A stretch of 63,974 nt of DNA, filler included, from Basidiobolus ranarum (taxonomy: Eukaryota): the NCBI GenBank assembly GCA_040143965.1. It is 54 parts of 54 records of this genome, joined end to end, with 100 filler letters (N's around TTAATTAATTAA, not from the genome) between each part and the next. Parts side by side here need not be neighbours in the genome. Positions count along the whole stretch, not along the records: positions 61,713 to 62,793 come from JASJQH010006526.1; positions 62,894 to 63,974 come from JASJQH010006527.1; 52 more parts are not named here. One strand, given 5' to 3'. The first letter of the stretch is position 1. Every line of letters starts with the position of its first letter. The translations under genes were made by a program, and so were the position numbers. Of the stretch, positions 62,428-63,974 are shown piece by piece. Under the pieces are notes generated by a model. That model ran no database searches and had not been told where the DNA came from. It saw only the letters and a list, made by a program, of their open reading frames with translations.

Positions 62428-62793
62428 TGTTGAAATTAGCATTGCCTAAACACCTATATAGTCATATATAGCTTAGTACTTAGTTATTCCATATTTCACT
62501 AAGGTATCACCTCAATCGGAATTTACTTAGAATAGTGACACCAGCTTAGAAGCTCTCAGATATATAATTTTTTTCAAGCTTGTCCTAGAAGCCCCAAACT
62601 TTGCACACATGTTCCTGGGACCTTCCTTAACACATTCTAGACATTTGTTTATTTACCTCTGGACAAAACTATAAATGTCAACTTTGTTAAAGTATTTGGG
62701 AGCCTGTTGGAAGTGGTTTGGAGAATTAGAGGAATTGGTGGTTTTCACTTGTTGATTTATTGAGTAGAAAGTTGACATTTATAGTTTTGTCAA
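62428..62793 (+). repeat. LTR family H copies, with an inverted fragment from about 62685
   Basis: TGTTGAAATTAGCATTGCC start, then the orientation flips to the 493..600-type sequence. Confidence 0.65.
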
Positions 62794-62921
62794 NNNNNNN
62801 NNNNNNNNNNNNNNNNNNNNNNNNNNNNNNNNNNNNNTTAATTAATTAANNNNNNNNNNNNNNNNNNNNNNNNNNNNNNNNNNNNNNNNNNNNATCATAA
62901 GTAAAGACAATAAACTTCAAC

Positions 62922-63974
62922 ACCTATGAGATTTCTACTTTCTTGTGCCCAAGCAATTTTGGGTTGTTGTGTAGGCTTAATGGTACAGCACATATTCTGC
63001 TCCACTAGATTGTCATGGTGGCATTCATATGTATGGTGTGGGATTGATTGAAATCCTGTATGAGTATGGATGGAGGAAGCAGCATGTTGGTGTAGCTCAA
63101 GAACCGCATTCTGAAGGTCTTTTATCATTGTTGAGTGACTCTCTAACTGCTGACTAGTTGCTTACAAATATTGCATTAATTGCAATATTGCAGCATTATT
63201 GCTTGTCATGGCCTGTATAGAAACTTCATAGTCTTTACTTATGATTGCATTCAAATCATTACGGTGTTCTGCCTGTGATTCCCTTATTGTAATAATTGTA
63301 TCCAAATTCTCTACAGATGGTTGTTCAGTAGTGGGCAAAGTAGTCATTGTGGAAGTTGATGGTCTTGATGGTGTTTTGGTTGAGCTTTACTCAACTATTG
63401 ATTTACTATGTAATTGGGGGATTACAATCTCTTCACTTGCACTATTGCTGGAAAGGAACACATCTGGTAAATTGATTAATGATTTCTCATTACTTGAGTT
63501 AGTTTCTGGCATATTAATGCCTTCCAAAGTGAATAGTTGATTGCAAGACTGCTCATCAATTAGGTCCTCTGTTCTTGCTGGTTTTTTTCCTCTTGTGCCA
63601 GCAGGCTTTGGCTTGGAAGTCCATTTTGACTTTGATTTTGAATGCTTTTTGAATGGCATTGAAATTTTCAAAAGGCATGCTTGGTGTAATGAAATTGCTT
63701 AGAAACAGCTTATAATAAACCAAAATTGCCATCCATTACCGGAAATATCTTGTAAATCTCCTGATGACCCATCTGTGACACTGTCTCAGAAACAGCGGAT
63801 GATATTGATGAGCTATACCTAAAATACCACCCTTATGTAGGAGGTGTTCTTTTTTCCGCAATATCCTTTTCATGCCATAACACAACCATTTAAAGAAGCC
63901 CTGCTATTATTGTTGCTAATTCTTGTAATATGAAAGCCAGAGGCTTCATTGAAAAAATAATCACAAGCACAGTC
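62922..63974 (-). mobile_element. Family A repeat, longest copy, interrupted by LTR F at 62921
   Basis: MPFKKHSKSKS...QQPKIAWAQESRNLIG with two stops. Confidence 0.75.

Noticed and set aside
1093-62893. Regularly spaced TTAATTAATTAA palindrome as a CRISPR-like or biological repeat
   Set aside because: It is always embedded in 44+44 Ns between size-sorted contigs, so it is an assembly concatenation linker. ORFs ending in X...LIN are artefacts of it.

Overview
This is not a contiguous locus. It is 54 short unplaced contigs (1,092 bp shrinking to 1,081 bp) joined by an artificial 100-nt linker (N44-TTAATTAATTAA-N44), so no synteny can be inferred across linkers. The content is eukaryotic and looks like an AT-rich, repeat-rich fungal genome: spliceosomal introns, a peroxisomal D-amino-acid oxidase, OPT and GLUT-type transporters, and Pst2/WrbA flavodoxins. 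An early-diverging fungus such as Basidiobolus is a plausible but unverified source. Most contigs are decayed, CpG-depleted transposons: several Ty1/copia and Ty3/gypsy families with LTRs and PBSs, a CACTA/EnSpm element with CCCTAACA termini, a PIF/Harbinger-type element, and several unidentified multi-copy ORF families. The most notable signals are: (1) a Bacillales/Paenibacillus-type pfkA pseudogene that keeps its bacterial intrinsic terminator and is eroded by CpG decay; (2) a 5S rRNA 5' half fused to a LINE reverse-transcriptase fragment; (3) a bacterial-like bicupin pseudogene; (4) a head-to-head pair of secreted Cys-rich genes with identical mature regions; (5) a PrimPol/AEP-like ORF beside an AT-rich repeat array; (6) tandem Pst2 paralogues, one with a MinD-like amphipathic tail.
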